A stretch of 64,000 nucleotides of DNA from Ascoidea asiatica JCM 7603 (Eukaryota; Fungi; Ascomycota): positions 577,183-641,182 of the forward strand of contig BCKQ01000002.1 of NCBI GenBank assembly GCA_001600695.1, read 5' to 3'. The translations under genes were made by a program, and so were the position numbers. A model generated the notes under the pieces. The model was not told the origin of the DNA. It saw nothing but the letters and a program-made list of their open reading frames with translations, and did not search any database. Below are positions 12,701-26,300 of this stretch, piece after piece (position 1 is the first letter of the stretch; each line of letters starts with the position of its first letter).

Positions 12701-15660
12701 GAATCGTCTAAAGCAGCTGTTTCTTCAGCTAAAATTTTGGTATCTTTAACAAAACAATCCCATTCAATTGGATGTAATTGTTTTAAATACTCTAGTAGTG
12801 TAACTCTTGAAAATTGATCATCTTCTCTAATGATTTCTCTTAACGACAATAAAATCTTTTCCGAATAATGAGGAGTAAAGACTGTAAATGTAGGCATATT
12901 CTCTACTGGTAATGGCTCAGGAATTGGAGTAGAAAGAGATTGAGCAAAAAATGTAATTCTTCTTTCGGCTTCGGAATTTTTAGGGTAAAATTCTGATGAA
13001 AAATTGTTATCATCTTGAGACACAAAAAAAGTTGGAGCTCTTAAAGTTCTTTTTCCTTCAACTTCAGAAGGTACTTGATGATAAAGTAATTTTTGAACAT
13101 GATCAATAGCTAAAAGATGTTCTCTATACATAGATATAACAATTGCATTCCATATCTGGGAAATTAAGACTTTGGGTTTGTATTTAATTTCCATATCTGT
13201 TGTTGCCAAAACTTTGGAATAAATTCTTTTAGGTAATCTGGTGAAAATATTTCTCCAAGGAGTTAAAATGGAAATACCTAAATAAAATGATCTACCAACA
13301 GAGAATACACAAGAACAACAAATATACCACATATAAGTATCCAAGAAGAATAAAATGAAATCAGTAAAATACATCATACCCAAAACGATTTGAGATTGAT
13401 ATCTACATAATTGATTACCCCACCAAATCTCTCCTGAACATCTCATATGCATCGTTGATAAATTTCTGATTGGATCTCTCAACGAAAGAATTAAGAAAAA
13501 GTATGATTCAGCAAATTTTGCAGCAAAAACAACTACCCATAATAAATAAGACATCCACATATCTAAACCCTTTAATTGATAAAAATTAGCAGTAAATGTT
13601 TGAGAAGCAACAAATCTTCTAGATGATTTTTTCATATACGAAGTAAATAGACCACCTAAAGGCATTATTGCAAAAAATATAATAGTGGCAACTCCAATAA
13701 AGAAATCAACTACTGCAACAATATGAGCAATTTTTGAATAAACATTGATTGGATCATAAGCAACAATAAAAACAAAAGGACCTAAATTAATAACAAGAAT
13801 AAGAAGCAAGAATAAGAAACGTCTGGTTAAATGTTGAGCTCCAGCCCATTTCCTAGGGACAAAAATCCATTCACATATAGTTGCTGCAATTTGAATCAAA
13901 CAAGCAACAGTACCACCTAAAGCAGCTGAAGCCCATCTGAATTCTGGAGTTGGTTGATTATTAACAAGTTGAGTATAGTTTTTAGTATAAAGAGTTGGTG
14001 AATTATAAGCAATATACATCCAATAAATGGAACCATGAATGACCCAAATACGATTGAAATTTGTAATCATATGAAACCAAGATCTTATTTCTTTATAAGT
14101 TTTGAAAAAAATATTGATCCAGTCAGCTTCACCTAATCTCATGTATCTTTCTTCTTGTGGAAGATCGATAATTCTAGTACCATCTTCAAGAATAATTTTA
14201 GCAATTCCTTCAGGATACCAGAATAATTGATTAACATCGTCATAACCAATAACTTTATTATGATCTCTTTCACGTTTAACAAACCTTCCATCTACAACTT
14301 CGTAGATTTGATCTCTTAAGAATTTATATAATGGAGTTATAACTCTATTAAGATAATCACCTTCAGGAACAGGTTCTTGTCTACTTTCACAAGCAGGGGA
14401 TTTTAAATAATCAGAAGCACATTTATAAATGAAACAAAGACATTCAGGAGTAAATCTTACTTGATTTGCTTCACCCCAAAGTAATAAATATAAAGCTATT
14501 TGTCTAACTTTTTCAATTGGAGTTAATTTATTCATTTCATTATTCCAACGATAATTTGCGGCTTCTAAAGAATTATCAGATTCTAAATCATGTAAAGTTT
14601 CATCAATTTGTTCTTGATTTTCATTATCTTTTAAAGCTTCTCTTGCTTTTTTAGCTTTTTTTGATTTCTTTTTAGCTTTTCTTGAAAGTTTTCCAACATT
14701 CATATTTGCAAAACCTAATTGATCATCTAAATCTAAATGAGCTGCAAAATACCATTTTTTATAATTCGCAGCTTCGCCACCAATAAAATCAGCATGTAAA
14801 GATAATAAAGCATGAGATGGAGACATTCTTGAAGCTCTTGAATCTAAAAGGATCATAAAATGATCGAACATATTTCTCATTGAATCTCTTTGAAAACCAA
14901 ATTTATTAGTTAAATCAATGAAAACATCTTCAATATCTTCTAGTTTAACAGGAGCTTGATTATCAGCAGTCCAAGCAGGATAAGGATCATTTGGTAAACC
15001 AGGCATATAACCACCAAAAGCAGGAGTTGGAGCACCAGGACCATAATAAGGAGTTGAAGCACCAGATGAAGTTCTTGGATCATAAGACATTTGAGAAGGG
15101 GTATAATCGGTATAAGGACCAGAAGCTCCAGGAGTTCCCGGACCTGCAGATTGAGTAAAATCAGAATAAGAAGCAGGATCTACTTGTGGAGGAGGTTGAT
15201 CAGCAGGATTATTATAATATGGATCAGCATATTGATCATAATAGTAATAATTTGGATCTTGAGGAGTTTGATTTGGATCATTTGCATAACCATTTTGATC
15301 ATAAAAAGCATTTGGATCATTTGGATTTATAGGAGGTTGTTGTTGATATTGTTGATCTTGAGTATTTTGAACTGAGATTGGTTGTTGGGGTTGTTGTGAT
15401 GATGATAATGGAGGTTGTGCTTGTTGTTGAGCTAAATAAGGATCAAATTGTTCATCAATATAAGGTTGTTGAGATTGATCATCAGGATATTGAGAACTAG
15501 GTTGATTAGAATATTGATTATATTGATCTTGATATTGACCATATTGTTCAGGAGAAGCTACATTTGGATCATAATAACCTTGAGATAAATTTTGAGGATT
15601 TGAAGAAGGTTGATTTTGATTTTCATGCTCATTTACAGGAGCAGAAGAGCCTGAATTCAT
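9799..15660 (-). CDS. FKS1: 1,3-beta-glucan synthase catalytic subunit (GT48)
   Basis: 1953 aa; Y/Q/P-rich N-terminus, WGEANQVRF, hot spot 1 [32 protein letters not shown], hot spot 2 DWVRRYTL, many TM helices. Confidence 0.97.
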   Translation of the reverse strand: MNSGSSAPVNEHENQNQPSSNPQNLSQGYYDPNVASPEQYGQYQDQYNQYSNQPSSQYPDDQSQQPYIDEQFDPYLAQQQAQPPLSSSQQPQQPISVQNTQDQQYQQQPPINPNDPNAFYDQNGYANDPNQTPQDPNYYYYDQYADPYYNNPADQPPPQVDPASYSDFTQSAGPGTPGASGPYTDYTPSQMSYDPRTSSGASTPYYGPGAPTPAFGGYMPGLPNDPYPAWTADNQAPVKLEDIEDVFIDLTNKFGFQRDSMRNMFDHFMILLDSRASRMSPSHALLSLHADFIGGEAANYKKWYFAAHLDLDDQLGFANMNVGKLSRKAKKKSKKAKKAREALKDNENQEQIDETLHDLESDNSLEAANYRWNNEMNKLTPIEKVRQIALYLLLWGEANQVRFTPECLCFIYKCASDYLKSPACESRQEPVPEGDYLNRVITPLYKFLRDQIYEVVDGRFVKRERDHNKVIGYDDVNQLFWYPEGIAKIILEDGTRIIDLPQEERYMRLGEADWINIFFKTYKEIRSWFHMITNFNRIWVIHGSIYWMYIAYNSPTLYTKNYTQLVNNQPTPEFRWASAALGGTVACLIQIAATICEWIFVPRKWAGAQHLTRRFLFLLLILVINLGPFVFIVAYDPINVYSKIAHIVAVVDFFIGVATIIFFAIMPLGGLFTSYMKKSSRRFVASQTFTANFYQLKGLDMWMSYLLWVVVFAAKFAESYFFLILSLRDPIRNLSTMHMRCSGEIWWGNQLCRYQSQIVLGMMYFTDFILFFLDTYMWYICCSCVFSVGRSFYLGISILTPWRNIFTRLPKRIYSKVLATTDMEIKYKPKVLISQIWNAIVISMYREHLLAIDHVQKLLYHQVPSEVEGKRTLRAPTFFVSQDDNNFSSEFYPKNSEAERRITFFAQSLSTPIPEPLPVENMPTFTVFTPHYSEKILLSLREIIREDDQFSRVTLLEYLKQLHPIEWDCFVKDTKILAEETAALDDSSNKEDDTLKSQIDDLPFYCIGFKSAAPEYTLRTRIWASLRAQTLYRTVSGMMNYARAIKLLYRVENPEIVQLYGGNTEGLERELERMARRKFKFVVSMQRLSKFKPDEAENAEFLLRAYPDLQIAYLDEEPAIDEDQDPRIYSAVIDGHCELMENGRRRPKFRIQLSGNPIIGDGKSDNQNHALIFHRGEYIQLIDANQDNYLEECLKIRSILAEFEELSVEQVNPYAPELKYEDKNFHPVAIVGAREYIFSENTGILGDVAAGKEQTFGTLFHRVLAQIGGKLHYGHPDFLNGTFMCTRGGVSKAQKGLHLNEDIYAGMNAMLRGGRIKHCDYYQCGKGRDMGFGSILNFTTKIGAGMGEQMLSREYYYLGTQLPLDRFLSFYYAHPGFHVNNLFIQLSLQAFMVTLVNLNSLAHEAIICSYNKNTPVTDKQIPRGCYNLTPAIDWVRRYTLSIFIVFWISFIPLFVQELVEKGLWKTCVRLVRHFCSLSPMFEVFVAQIYASSITSDLSVGGARYIATGRGFATSRIPFSVLYSRFAQSSIYMGARLMIMLLFASASHWQPALLWFWGSLSSLILPPFFFNPHQFSWQDFFIDYRDYIRWLSRGNGKWHKNSWVGYVKMSRSRITGFKRKVLGEPSEKAAGDAPRAHRTNIITADFIPTCLFTAGIFVAYTFINAQTGVKGGNADPINSTIRIVICGLAPVVVNCGVLGFCLGLSCCAGPLLGLCCKKTGPVMAAIAHGFSVIIHMVFFVVIWVLEGFSFARMVLGLVCMIYIQRVLFKFMTLFFLTREFKNDHANAAFWTGKWYGSGLGYMALTQPAREFAAKVIEQSEFAADFILGHIILIAQLPLILLPFADRWHSMALFWLKPSRQIRPPIYSLKQAKLRRRMVRRYSVLYFLILLLFIILIAAPAVGGSHVSETLGQDLTGTFKGLFQPRNQSHNDTGNSAPKSFLTSTPSLATWSTIA

Positions 15661-16922
15661 TTTAATTACTAATTGCTCTGCTCTTTTTAGAATCTCTTAT
15701 TCAAAATTTTAATATAGTTTTTATTTTGATTTTTATCTTTATACAAAATTAAATGTAATAGGAGATTTTGGAAAACTGGAAGTATAGCAAAAAAAACAAA
15801 GTGAAGAATAAAGAATGAATTGAAAATTGCTATGATCTATATTGTATGTTCTATGTTCTAAACTATATCTTACTATATTACTATATTACTATATTCTTTG
15901 CTATAGTATTATAATAAAATATTAAGTATAAAGAGGATGAAGAATAAGAAGGAGATAAAAAGATAGGTAAATTGAAAATTTCAAATTTCAACTTTCAAAT
16001 AGAAAATAGAAAATAGAAAAGAAGTACTTGAAACGAGAGAAGAAAATAAAACCAATGTAAGCTTTTGCAATTAATTGACCAAAGCAAAAACAGAAATAGA
16101 AATGAAAATTTATTACAGGTTTAATATTTGCAGTCTTTGAATTTCAAAGTAACTTTAAATAAGATGTAGTTAAGTAAAGAAGATAAAACCAAATGAACTA
16201 AATAAAGCAAATAAAATCAAGAAGAAAAAAAGGCGAAAAATAGATTATTTACTAGACCACACTTCAATTAAATCTGAAGGAATATTTCATATGTAGGTAA
16301 ATTGGTGAAATGGATTAAAGAGAAATTAAAGGGAGAAAAAAGGAAAGAGACTTGGATTAAATTCACGAGTAATAAACAAGAGTGGAAACAAGAACAGAAA
16401 CAAGAGCGAAACAAGAAAAAACAAAAGTATCAACAGTGGTCTAGGAGCCCCCAGTGCATGAAACAAGAAACTCAGAGTTTACTTTTTCTCGATGAAATCA
16501 TCGCAGAGAAAGAAATCCCATTTTCATAGCCACATCCGCACCTGTATCCTGAACTATTTGCTGTTCCTGGTAACGGATATGCTGGCGGTTGGCGCTTAAC
16601 TCAGCACCCGAGCCACGGATAGTCTCATCCTTGTTGCAGATCACCGGTTGTTGGGGCTTATGCCACCCACCCTGCCAGCTTGCAATCTAATCAAAGGAAG
16701 CTATAAAGTTAGCTTACATCTCTGCACTGAACACAAACTAACTCTGCTCTCTATTTTTACTTTTCTATAATTAATTTAGCGCATTTTTGTACCTTAACCC
16801 AGCATTCGACTTATTTCAGATCGCTCCAGTGCAAAATACTGTTCTTCCGTACTGTCTCCGAATCTTCCATGTATTCCTGACTGTCCGAAAAATAAAAGAA
16901 ATAAAAAAAAGTAAATAATTAA

Positions 16923-16930
16923 ATCACGTG
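16923..16930 (+). promoter_or_regulatory. Cbf1/bHLH site ATCACGTG in the FKS1-MUP3 divergent intergenic region
   Basis: Matches RTCACRTG. Confidence 0.45.
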
Positions 16931-18913
16931 CCAATAAAACTTAGATTCAAGCTTTAAATCTCCAGGATATATTGAATCTTTGCTCTTATGATCAATTATT
17001 TTAAATCTCACCTTAATTGACCTATCCAGTAACAAACTCCTCTAAATGGTCACGAGATCAATTTTTTTAGCCAAATAATTGAATTCAGACTGGGATTTAG
17101 TCGTCGGACAAGTCGAAATAAGAACTTTTGCTTTCTTGATTTGTAATGATTTAAAAAATTAAACTTTTTTTTTTGAATTTTTAAGTAAACTGTTCCATGC
17201 ACTTTTCAAGGAGTCAGGTTTACTTTTATACATTTTTATGCATGACTCTGACATATAAAATTTTGCTTTCAATATAAAGGGAACAATCCTCACCACGGAT
17301 TGTTTGATTACTTAAAAGTTGTGGCGGTGCAGAACTAACTTATAAGTTTCTTTTAGATATAACGTTACTTAAAAACATCATCTAATAGAAATTTATAGCT
17401 TTATATAATCAGAATATTCAATTATTTCCGATGTAAATATTATATTAAAAAGTACTTGATTTATTTTTCATAGATGAAATACATCTTAAAAGCAGCAAAA
17501 GATTGATGTTTTGCTAATTAGCAAAAATAATATTTCAGCTGGTTACGAGTCGCTTATGGAAAGTTTACCATAAGTTCAAGAATTTATGTTAAAATATTTG
17601 GAGCCCGGTTTTTAAAAGCTACGGTACCCATTTTTTTCTTGCTTTTCACACGTTGTTTTCTAAATCCACTACGTCGTCTATTTTCCATATTCACTGAGGT
17701 TTTTTTTGTGAACGCGTATCTGTGGCTTTGTGTATGAAAAACATACCTACTTTCAATTAAGACTTACCTCCCTAACCAGGCTTCTCCCATAGAAGAAACA
17801 TCTCTCAAATCAGGACTCCAAGGGTTCAAAGGCAGAATTTTAAAAGCCAGTCCATACCTCAATAATAAATATGAATATTTATTCATTCTTTTTCAATCAA
17901 TTATATCTTTTTATTTATCAAATTTCAAATTTATTTTTAATAATTATAGTTCATTTATTAAGTTTATAGATAATATAGTCGTTTTCTTTTATGGCATGAT
18001 TGAAAAAAAAAAAAAAACAATTTGCAAAACCAAAAATCTTTTCACAGCTTTAATAGTTCAAATACTGTAAATTCTATGTTGAAGGTTTCACTAATTACAA
18101 TTATTAACATTATTTTGATTTCATTTACTTTAGCAAGATCTCTTTCTGAATAATTTCCTTTTTATTAAAAGTAAAACTAATGAGTGTTATTAATCATTAA
18201 TCTCCAATTTTTTGATTAATGACTTATGAGATTTTCGAAAATCAATTGAAGATATTGTAAAAAAATAAAGAAAAAAAAAGAAAACAACTAAAAAAAAGAT
18301 AACGTATTTTCATACAAGTATTTTCCACTCAAAAAGTTTAAAGTCAATTTGAATTTTATCTTTAAAAGCAAATAAAGAAAAAAAACAAAAACGACCTTTT
18401 AGAGTTTATTTATCATTCTGTGCTAAGCTTTAAAAAGTTTAAGAAAATATTAAAAACAAGTAAATTTATTTTCAATGAATAACATTAATTCAAACTAAAT
18501 AAAATAAACTGAAGTATTATATAACACATCAACCACATCTGTTTTTACTGATTTTATTTGAGTGGAAAATTATTATTAATGTGTTAATTGATGTGTAATT
18601 GAGGTATTCACGAAATAATTTCAATAAAGAAAGCAAAGGAAGTTTCGAATATTTAGTTTCAACTACCTGTGAAATCATTATGTATTTTATAAATTAGATT
18701 AAATGCTACTTTTAAATCACACTTTTTTTTAAAAGTTTCAGAATAGAAAACCAACCAGGCATCACAAATTTCAATTCCGACTTCTTTTCAGGGTGTGTTT
18801 CTCAAGTTTTTCAAAGGCCTAGATACTTTTTGAATCAAAGTTGTGAAGCTGAAGATTGAAGATTGAAAATTATTAACGTTACTTACTAAACTAAAACAAT
18901 GGAAAAATGCGTA

Positions 18914-18976
18914 TTTATCACCTTTATCACAATTTATCATTTTTTATTACAATTTAACACAATTTATCACAATTTA
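18914..18976. promoter_or_regulatory. 10-bp-period tandem repeat (consensus AATTTATCAC) carrying four GATAA sites upstream of MUP3
   Basis: TTATC at 18915, 18924, 18934, 18964, with degenerate units at 18944 and 18954. Confidence 0.6.
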
Positions 18977-19193
18977 GGAATTATTAATTATATTTCTGGC
19001 TTTTTAGTTCATTACACTACTAGTACTGTAAATGATTCATAATGAAGCTGTTTTTAAATAAATTCAAATTATAGTAATAAAACATTTTAATAAGAACAAT
19101 AATAAAACTAATTATAGAAATAAAATAACAATAATAATAGATTATCATTTCGGTAACAATTCAAGAAATAATTTTTAATTTACATTAAATAAA

Positions 19194-19484
19194 ATGGATT
19201 TTATTAAAAACAAATCAAATAGTAGTATATTGACAGAAGATTTATCACGGTCTGGAACTTCTTCTCTGTCAATTTCAACTAATTCTTTTAATCAATTAAA
19301 TCAATCAAAAAATCAACTTTATTCTAATTCTTCTGAATCTATGGAAGGAATTCATTTACAAGATATTTATGAAAATGATAATATTGATAATATTAACCCC
19401 AGTGATAATTTAATATCTCATGATAATGAAAATTCTAATAACAATATCAACAATAACAATAATACTGATAACAATAACAATAAC

Positions 19485-19516
<32 letters not shown>

Positions 19517-21035
19517 TTTTCAATTAGCTCCAGAAGATCTTCCACAAGGAAGACATATGGGTATTTGGGCAACAATTTTAATGTTTATATCAAGAATTGT
19601 TGGATCTGGAATATTTGCAGTTGGTTCAAGTATGTTTACAAGTTGTGGAGGTTGTTCATTTTTATTTTTTTTAGCATGGATTATTGGTGCTGTAATGTCA
19701 TTTGCAGGTTTATTTATTTATATGGAATTAGGTTCATTAATGCCACGTTCTGGTGGTACAAAAGTTTTTTTAGAAGTTATTTATGATAAACCAAAATATT
19801 TCACAAGTGTTTTATTTGGTTTATATTCTATATTATTTGGATTTGTTATAACAAATGCAATAATTTTTGGAGATTATTTTCTTTATAGTTTTTCTTCAGA
19901 TTCTAATAATATTAATGAAAATAATAAATCTTCAAGATATATTGGAGTTTTATTAACTTTAGTTGCTGTTTTAATTCATGGATATTCTGTTAAAGCTGGA
20001 ATTTTAGTTAATAATTTTGTTGGTGCATTAAAATTAATTTTATTAGCATTAATGTCAATAACTGGATTTTTTATATTAATTTTACCAACATCAATTTCAA
20101 AGATTGATAATCAATTAAATTGGAGTAATTTTTTTAAAACTGAAAGAGAAGTAACAATTTCATCATTTGGTGCAGCTGTACTTCAAGGAATTTTTTCATT
20201 TGGTGGTTGGAATAATGTTCATACAGTTGCTTCTGAAATTAAAGATCCAGTAAGAACATTAAATATTGCAGGACCAGTTTCATTAATTATTATACTTATT
20301 TCATATATTTTTACAAATATAGCATATTTAAAAGTTATACCACATGAAGAAATTTATAATTCTGGACAATTAATTGGATCATTATTATTTGAAAAAATAT
20401 TTGGATATAAAATTGGTAGAAAAATTTTAACAATGTCAGTTGCTTTATCTGCAGGTGGTAATGTATTTGTTGTATTATATGGAATTTCAAGAATGAGTCA
20501 AGAAGTATTTAGAGAAGGATATTTACCATTTTCATCATTTATGGCATCAAATAAACCATTTGGAGCACCATTACCTTCATTATTACTTTCATTTTTTATT
20601 ACAGCATTTTTTATGATTATACCTCCAGCAGGTGATGATATTTATAGTTATATTGTTAATCTTGAATCATATATTTTTCAAATATTTATGATTTTTGTTG
20701 CAATTGGAGTTTTAATTATTAGAAAAAGAATTATTAAAAATAATGGACAACTTGAAAAAGGACCAAAAGCAGGTTATTTTGGTATTGGAATTACAATTAT
20801 TTTTTCAATTTTATTAGTAATTGCACCATTTTTATCAAAAGATAGTGAAAATAATAAAATTAAAGGATTTCCAACATATTCTGTAATGAGTTTAATATTT
20901 ATCTTTTCATTTATTCTTTATTGGGCTGTTTTTTTCAAATTACTTCCATTTATAGGAAACTATGAACTTGAGCCAGAAGAAGAAATACATGAAGATGGAC
21001 TTGTTGTTAAAAGATGGGAAAAAATTCCAAAATAA
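19194..21035 (+). CDS. MUP3: APC-family amino acid permease, low-affinity methionine permease type
   Basis: LPQGRHMG..MFISRIVGSGIFA, ELGSLMPRSGG, EIKDPVRTL, SQEVFREGYLPFS; ~12 TM helices. Confidence 0.8.
19437..19513 (+). repeat. (AAT/AAC)n coding microsatellite, poly-Asn
   Basis: Direct reading; encodes the N-run in the permease N-terminus. Confidence 0.9.
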
Positions 21036-21669
21036 TTCAAGATCAATTTCAAAATAAATTGAATAATGATCTCCAAATGCCAAAGAAGCATGAAATATAA
21101 TTTATTTTATTGGTATTTTTATAGTTTATACATTTTACAAAGACTAGAACCCACAAAACTGGTCTCATTAGTTTATCCAGCGGAGTTAAGACTACTAAAA
21201 GATGTTCCACATACAGCAATAGTTTACAGTGCGGACATAACACGCCCCAGCAGCGCAACGAGTGCCGCTTTTGCAGAGCTCACACCGGGAAATTGAGCAC
21301 TTCAACACTTTAAAAAGTGCTAACCTCACTCAGTAACAGAGCTTGGTAGCTACCGGTGGGGAGTTGTATGCGTCATTATTATTAAGCATCTCGAACTTAT
21401 TCATGATGAATAATTATGAATAATTATGCAAATTTGGAACAATTATTTTAAATATCCATTGTCAATTATTCATTAATTAAAATTTCGAGTAATTATTCAC
21501 TTTAATATTCTGTATATATAAACTTATTAAATACCCTTTATAACTTTGCTCAGACTGATTTTTTGAATATCAAGTATAGCTATAATATTATTTTTTTTCT
21601 TCATTAGCTTGGTTTTTTAGCTACTAAATTTTATTTTTATTTTTAACTCGATTTTTCAATATTAAAAAA

Positions 21670-22407
21670 ATGACAACTTCAAAAACAATATTTACTCCGA
21701 TACCAGAAGCTCTAGAGGCTTTCAGTAAGTGATTTCATTTCATTCTATTTCATTTTTATTTTTCACTTTTTTCATGAATTTCATTTACTAATTTTTTTTT
21801 TTTTTTTCTCAATTAAAACAAAGAAAATGGTGAATATTTGGTAGTAATGGATGATGAAAGTAGAGAAAATGAAGGTGATATTATAATATCTGCAGAATTT
21901 ATAACTCAAGAAAAGATGGCATTTATTGTTCGTCATTCTTCTGGTTATATTTGTGCTCCAGTTTCAAATGATATAGCAGATCGATTGGATTTACCATTTT
22001 TAATGGATCAAAAGAAACAAACTGATAGACATGGTACAGCATATACAATGACTATTGATTATAAAAATGGAACAACAACTGGTATTTCTTCAAAAGATCG
22101 TGCTTTAACATGTTTAAAATTATCTGATAAAAATTCAAAAAAAGATGATTTCTTAAGACCTGGTCATATATGTCCATTAAGAGCTAAAAATGGTTATTTA
22201 AAAACAAGAAGAGGTCATACTGAAGCTGCTGTTGAATTATGTAGATTATCAAATTTACCACATGCTGCTGTTATATGTGAACTTGTAAGAGATCAAGATG
22301 GTTTAATGAAAAGATTAGATGATTGTATCCAATTTTGTAATGAATATAAAATTAAACTTATCAATATTCAACAATTGGTTAATTATATGAATGAAAATAA
22401 CTTATAA
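21670..22407 (+). CDS. RIB3: 3,4-dihydroxy-2-butanone 4-phosphate synthase; join(21670..21724, 21824..22407)
   Basis: The splice gives [37 protein letters not shown]; also TTTGISSKDR, RPGHICPL, RRGHTEAAV. Confidence 0.95.
21725..21823 (+). other. Spliceosomal intron of RIB3 (99 nt)
   Basis: GTAAGT, TACTAAT 21786-21792, long poly-T tract, AAG 3' end; in-frame join. Confidence 0.88.
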
Positions 22408-22768
22408 TGTATTTTAGTATTCTAAATTTTCTTGTATAAATTTCATTAGTAATATTCTTTATTTTTTTAATTTTTATTTTATCATTTTTTTTTTCTTCTC
22501 TCGTCAAATGTAAACCACTTTTTTTTTTTACATTCGTTTAATAATGAGATAACGTTAGCAATAATCATTGATATATCATCCAACATTCACACTTACCTCT
22601 GTTCTTTTATCAAACGGAAAATGATTTTTATTTAATCAAAACAATATATCCTTGAATTAATTTTACAAACCTTTTTTTAATTTTGATATGAAATTATAAT
22701 AAAAAAATGTGTTAAAAGATTCATTTCTATAATATAATATATTAACTTAATAAGAGACTATAGGTATA

Positions 22769-23293
22769 ATGGATGATAAGAATAATGAAAGATTGAATTT
22801 GCAAAGAATTAATTCTTTGGAAGCCATATCCCAATCCGGTTATTTGGATTTAGATCAACAAGAAGAAATGATTAATTTATTATCAAAACTTAATGAACAA
22901 AAAAGTATAAAAAATATAAATATAATGTCAATAATATTCATTTTAGAAATTCCAATATTTTTATTCTATAAAGAAGTTAAATCAATTCCATTAATTTTAT
23001 TCAGTACTTTAAATTTACGATTTTTAAATATTTATTCTCAAAAAAAAATAAAAATAAATTATATTTTAAAATTTATAATTATTTTATCTCTAATGATTTT
23101 AACTTTATTAAATATAATTAAATTCATTTTTTTAAATGAAAAATTCTTAAAAAATAATATTTCTAATACTTTAATGATTCTTTTAACTATAATTAACTCA
23201 TTTTTATCAATTTTTGTCAATTATTCAGTGGCTAATTTGGAAAGTGACATAAACAATCTCAATAATTTAAAATATCAAAAAAAAAATGTTTGA
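22769..23293 (+). CDS. Small multi-pass membrane protein of unknown function
   Basis: 174 aa ATG ORF; acidic GYLDLDQQEEMI, 3-4 hydrophobic segments, basic C-terminus LKYQKKNV. Confidence 0.7.
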   Translation: MDDKNNERLNLQRINSLEAISQSGYLDLDQQEEMINLLSKLNEQKSIKNINIMSIIFILEIPIFLFYKEVKSIPLILFSTLNLRFLNIYSQKKIKINYILKFIIILSLMILTLLNIIKFIFLNEKFLKNNISNTLMILLTIINSFLSIFVNYSVANLESDINNLNNLKYQKKNV

Positions 23294-23397
23294 TAATAAA
23301 CAGTTAAAAAAAAATTCATTATTTTAAAAAAACGTTTCGTAAAGAAAAAAAAAAAAGTAAAAAATGATAATACATAACTATAGGTCTAATTAAAATT

Positions 23398-26300
23398 CTA
23401 TAATATATCGTAAGCAAGTACCTTAAATGAAAGAGGTATATCCTCATCATCATATAGCAATCGTTTCATCTTCAGATAATAATCTACTCTAGAAGTTGAA
23501 CTTGAATCCGAGTCTTTTCTATATTTCCAAAAGACCCTTTCTTCAACTTTCAACTCTTCAATTTCTTTCATAAAAACCTGTCTGGTTTTCCTTAATTCAT
23601 CTTCTTCTGCCTGACGTTCTTCATCACCACAACTTTCAGAACTTAAATCAGATTCAGAAGAAATTTCCAAATCTAAATCTGTTCCATACTGAAATGGTTC
23701 TTCTATGAAGTCACTATTAAAACCTAAATCTTTAGTTTTAAGATTTTTTCTATTTTGAGAGGGTCGGATTAAAAAACTTGTATTCCTTTTTTTTGAAGGT
23801 GATTTTAAGAATTCATTATTTGAGTAATTAACTCTATTAACCACTCTAGAATCTTTCATTCTATTCATATGTTCATTATAATAAGTTCGCCTATTAGTTT
23901 CTCGTCTTAAATTTTGGGTTGGTCTTCTCAGATTATCAATAAAATTATTCTGTTTTTCAACATTAGTATTCTGCTGAACAGGATTTTCAATTTCTTCAAG
24001 TATATCAATTGCATGTGTAATATCGTTTTTGATGTTCCCAGATGAATTATCATTTGAATTTATATCTTGATCTTCAAACATTTCATTTATAAAAGGATTT
24101 TTTTTTTCTCTTTGGATTATTTTTTGTATTAAAGTGGCACTTCCATTTTCAAAATCAAAAATTGTTTTATTTGGAATTTCATTTTTCTTATTATTACTTA
24201 TCTCCTGTATATTATTTGAACTTATCTTTCTTGGGGAAACTTTATTGATAACAACTGGTGATCTAGATCTATTTAAAATGTTATGAAATTTTGTTGTAGA
24301 ACTTAAAAGATTAGATGATTTACGAATTGATTTCAAGTGATGAACTTGATCATCTTTAGTATTGATTTGTGAATTAATTTCTGGGATTATTCGTTGTAAA
24401 TTTTGTAAAGGTATAGATCCAGATTTTGGTTTTTGTACTTTTGACAGCACAGATTTTTTTTGCTTTCCTTGTTTGAAAAACCAAGATTTTTTACCAGCAT
24501 CAATAATTTCATAATATTTTGCATATTTTGAAACAGATCTCATTTGTGATAAAGTTCCTGAAACATTTAAAGCATTTAATGTCTTGTCAGAAATATAAAA
24601 CCTATATTTACTAAGTTCAATAAATATGCTATCAAGATGTTGAAAATTGGTTACATTACCTTTAAGTTCTTGTTTTAATTTTTTAAAAGATGCAGAAAAT
24701 CTTTTCTCATTAAATAATGAAAATTTTGGTAAATTTGATTTTGAATCATCATTTTCACTTTCATTCACGTCATTGTAAAAATCTAATGGTGAAAATAAAG
24801 TTGATTTAACTGGTTTTTTCTTAGGAATAATATTATTTGACTTTGGAACAGGTTTTGAAATAGATTTTATTCTAGAATCATGATATATTGTAGAAGAATT
24901 AATTCTTTTATTCTTTGTAGAGCTTCCATTAATAGAATTATAATTTCTTTGAGAAGTGACCTGAATTCTATCACTATTATCATCACTATTATTATCACTA
25001 TAAATATCGCTATAATTATCAGTAACATTATCACTATTACTACTGTCACTAAATAATTCTTCAATTGTTTTTTTCCTTGTATTATGATTTTTAGATCTCG
25101 GCACTGGGTTGGAAACTTTATTGCGTTTTCTTGGAGATTCTTGAACAGTATATGAATTTTCATCAGTAGAGTCTTCATCAAAAATAATATTTTTTCTTCG
25201 TTTCTTTCGTGAGTGTAAAATTGGTTCGATCTTTTCAATGAAATGATCATTTGTTAAATCAATATGGGAAGACGGAATAGAAGGGGGAGAGTTAATTTGT
25301 TCATCTTCAAGACTAATAATTTGTAATGAAGTATCAGGAATTGAAAGATTTTCTGGACTTAAACTTGGTTTAATGTCTTCTAATTCAGGTTCTTTAATAA
25401 TAGGATATGATTTATTTTTATCTACAATAGTAATTTCAGTTGAAGTTTGAATATTATCATCAACAATACATTCAGGTTCATCACCTTCTTCTTCTTCTTC
25501 ATCATGAATTTCAGGAAAAAGAAGAGGATCAGATTTATTAAGTAAATTTAATAAATTTTCATGTTCTTCTTCAAATTCATCTAAAAATAATAAAGCATCT
25601 TTAGGTGGACACCAATAACCATCTAAAACTTTTTTATCATAACAACAAATATAATTAATTTCCATTTGATGTAATTTATCTCTATAATATAATTCTTCTT
25701 CAACATGCATTTCAGGATCTTCAGGTTTTCTATCATCTAATTTACTTATTGATTTATAAACAGCAAATTGAATTATTTTTGAAAAATTTACCCAACCATC
25801 ACTATATCTTCTATAAATTACAAAAGTTTTTGCAGGTTTATTTTGATCATTAACTTTTAATTTACAACTTTCACCAAGCATGGTTATAGTTGTATTTTTT
25901 GATAAAATTCTTTTAAAATTTTTTATTTGATAAAGTCTTTCATCAGAAATTTTAAATTCTATTGGAAATCCATCAAATGAATTATAATCAGGAGAAAGAT
26001 AAAAAAAAAATTTTCTAACTTCTAAATCAACTTCACTCATTGAATTTTCATTTTCTATTGGATAACCTTGTAAAGAAATTTCAAGAATATATTTAAGATA
26101 TGGATAAAGATTATAAGTTCCAATAAAATCACGAGCAACAGTTATATTAACCCAATTACCACCAACTAAAGTTTTATCATTATATTGAATTAAAAGATTA
26201 TTAGCTTTACAAGTTTCAATAGCATCTTTTCTAATTCTTTTTGCATCTTGTTTATGAATAACATAATATAAATTAGCAAATTGATCAAGATTAAATAAAT

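Noticed and set aside
16302-16529. Short intergenic ORFs (also 21066, 27018, 42385, 50718, 53029, 53153)
   Set aside because: Mostly non-ATG starts, no motifs, and they coincide with GC-rich promoter islands where stop codons are rarer
17815-17835. tRNA B-box-like GGTTCAA (also near 38337 and 42588)
   Set aside because: No cloverleaf or A box could be built
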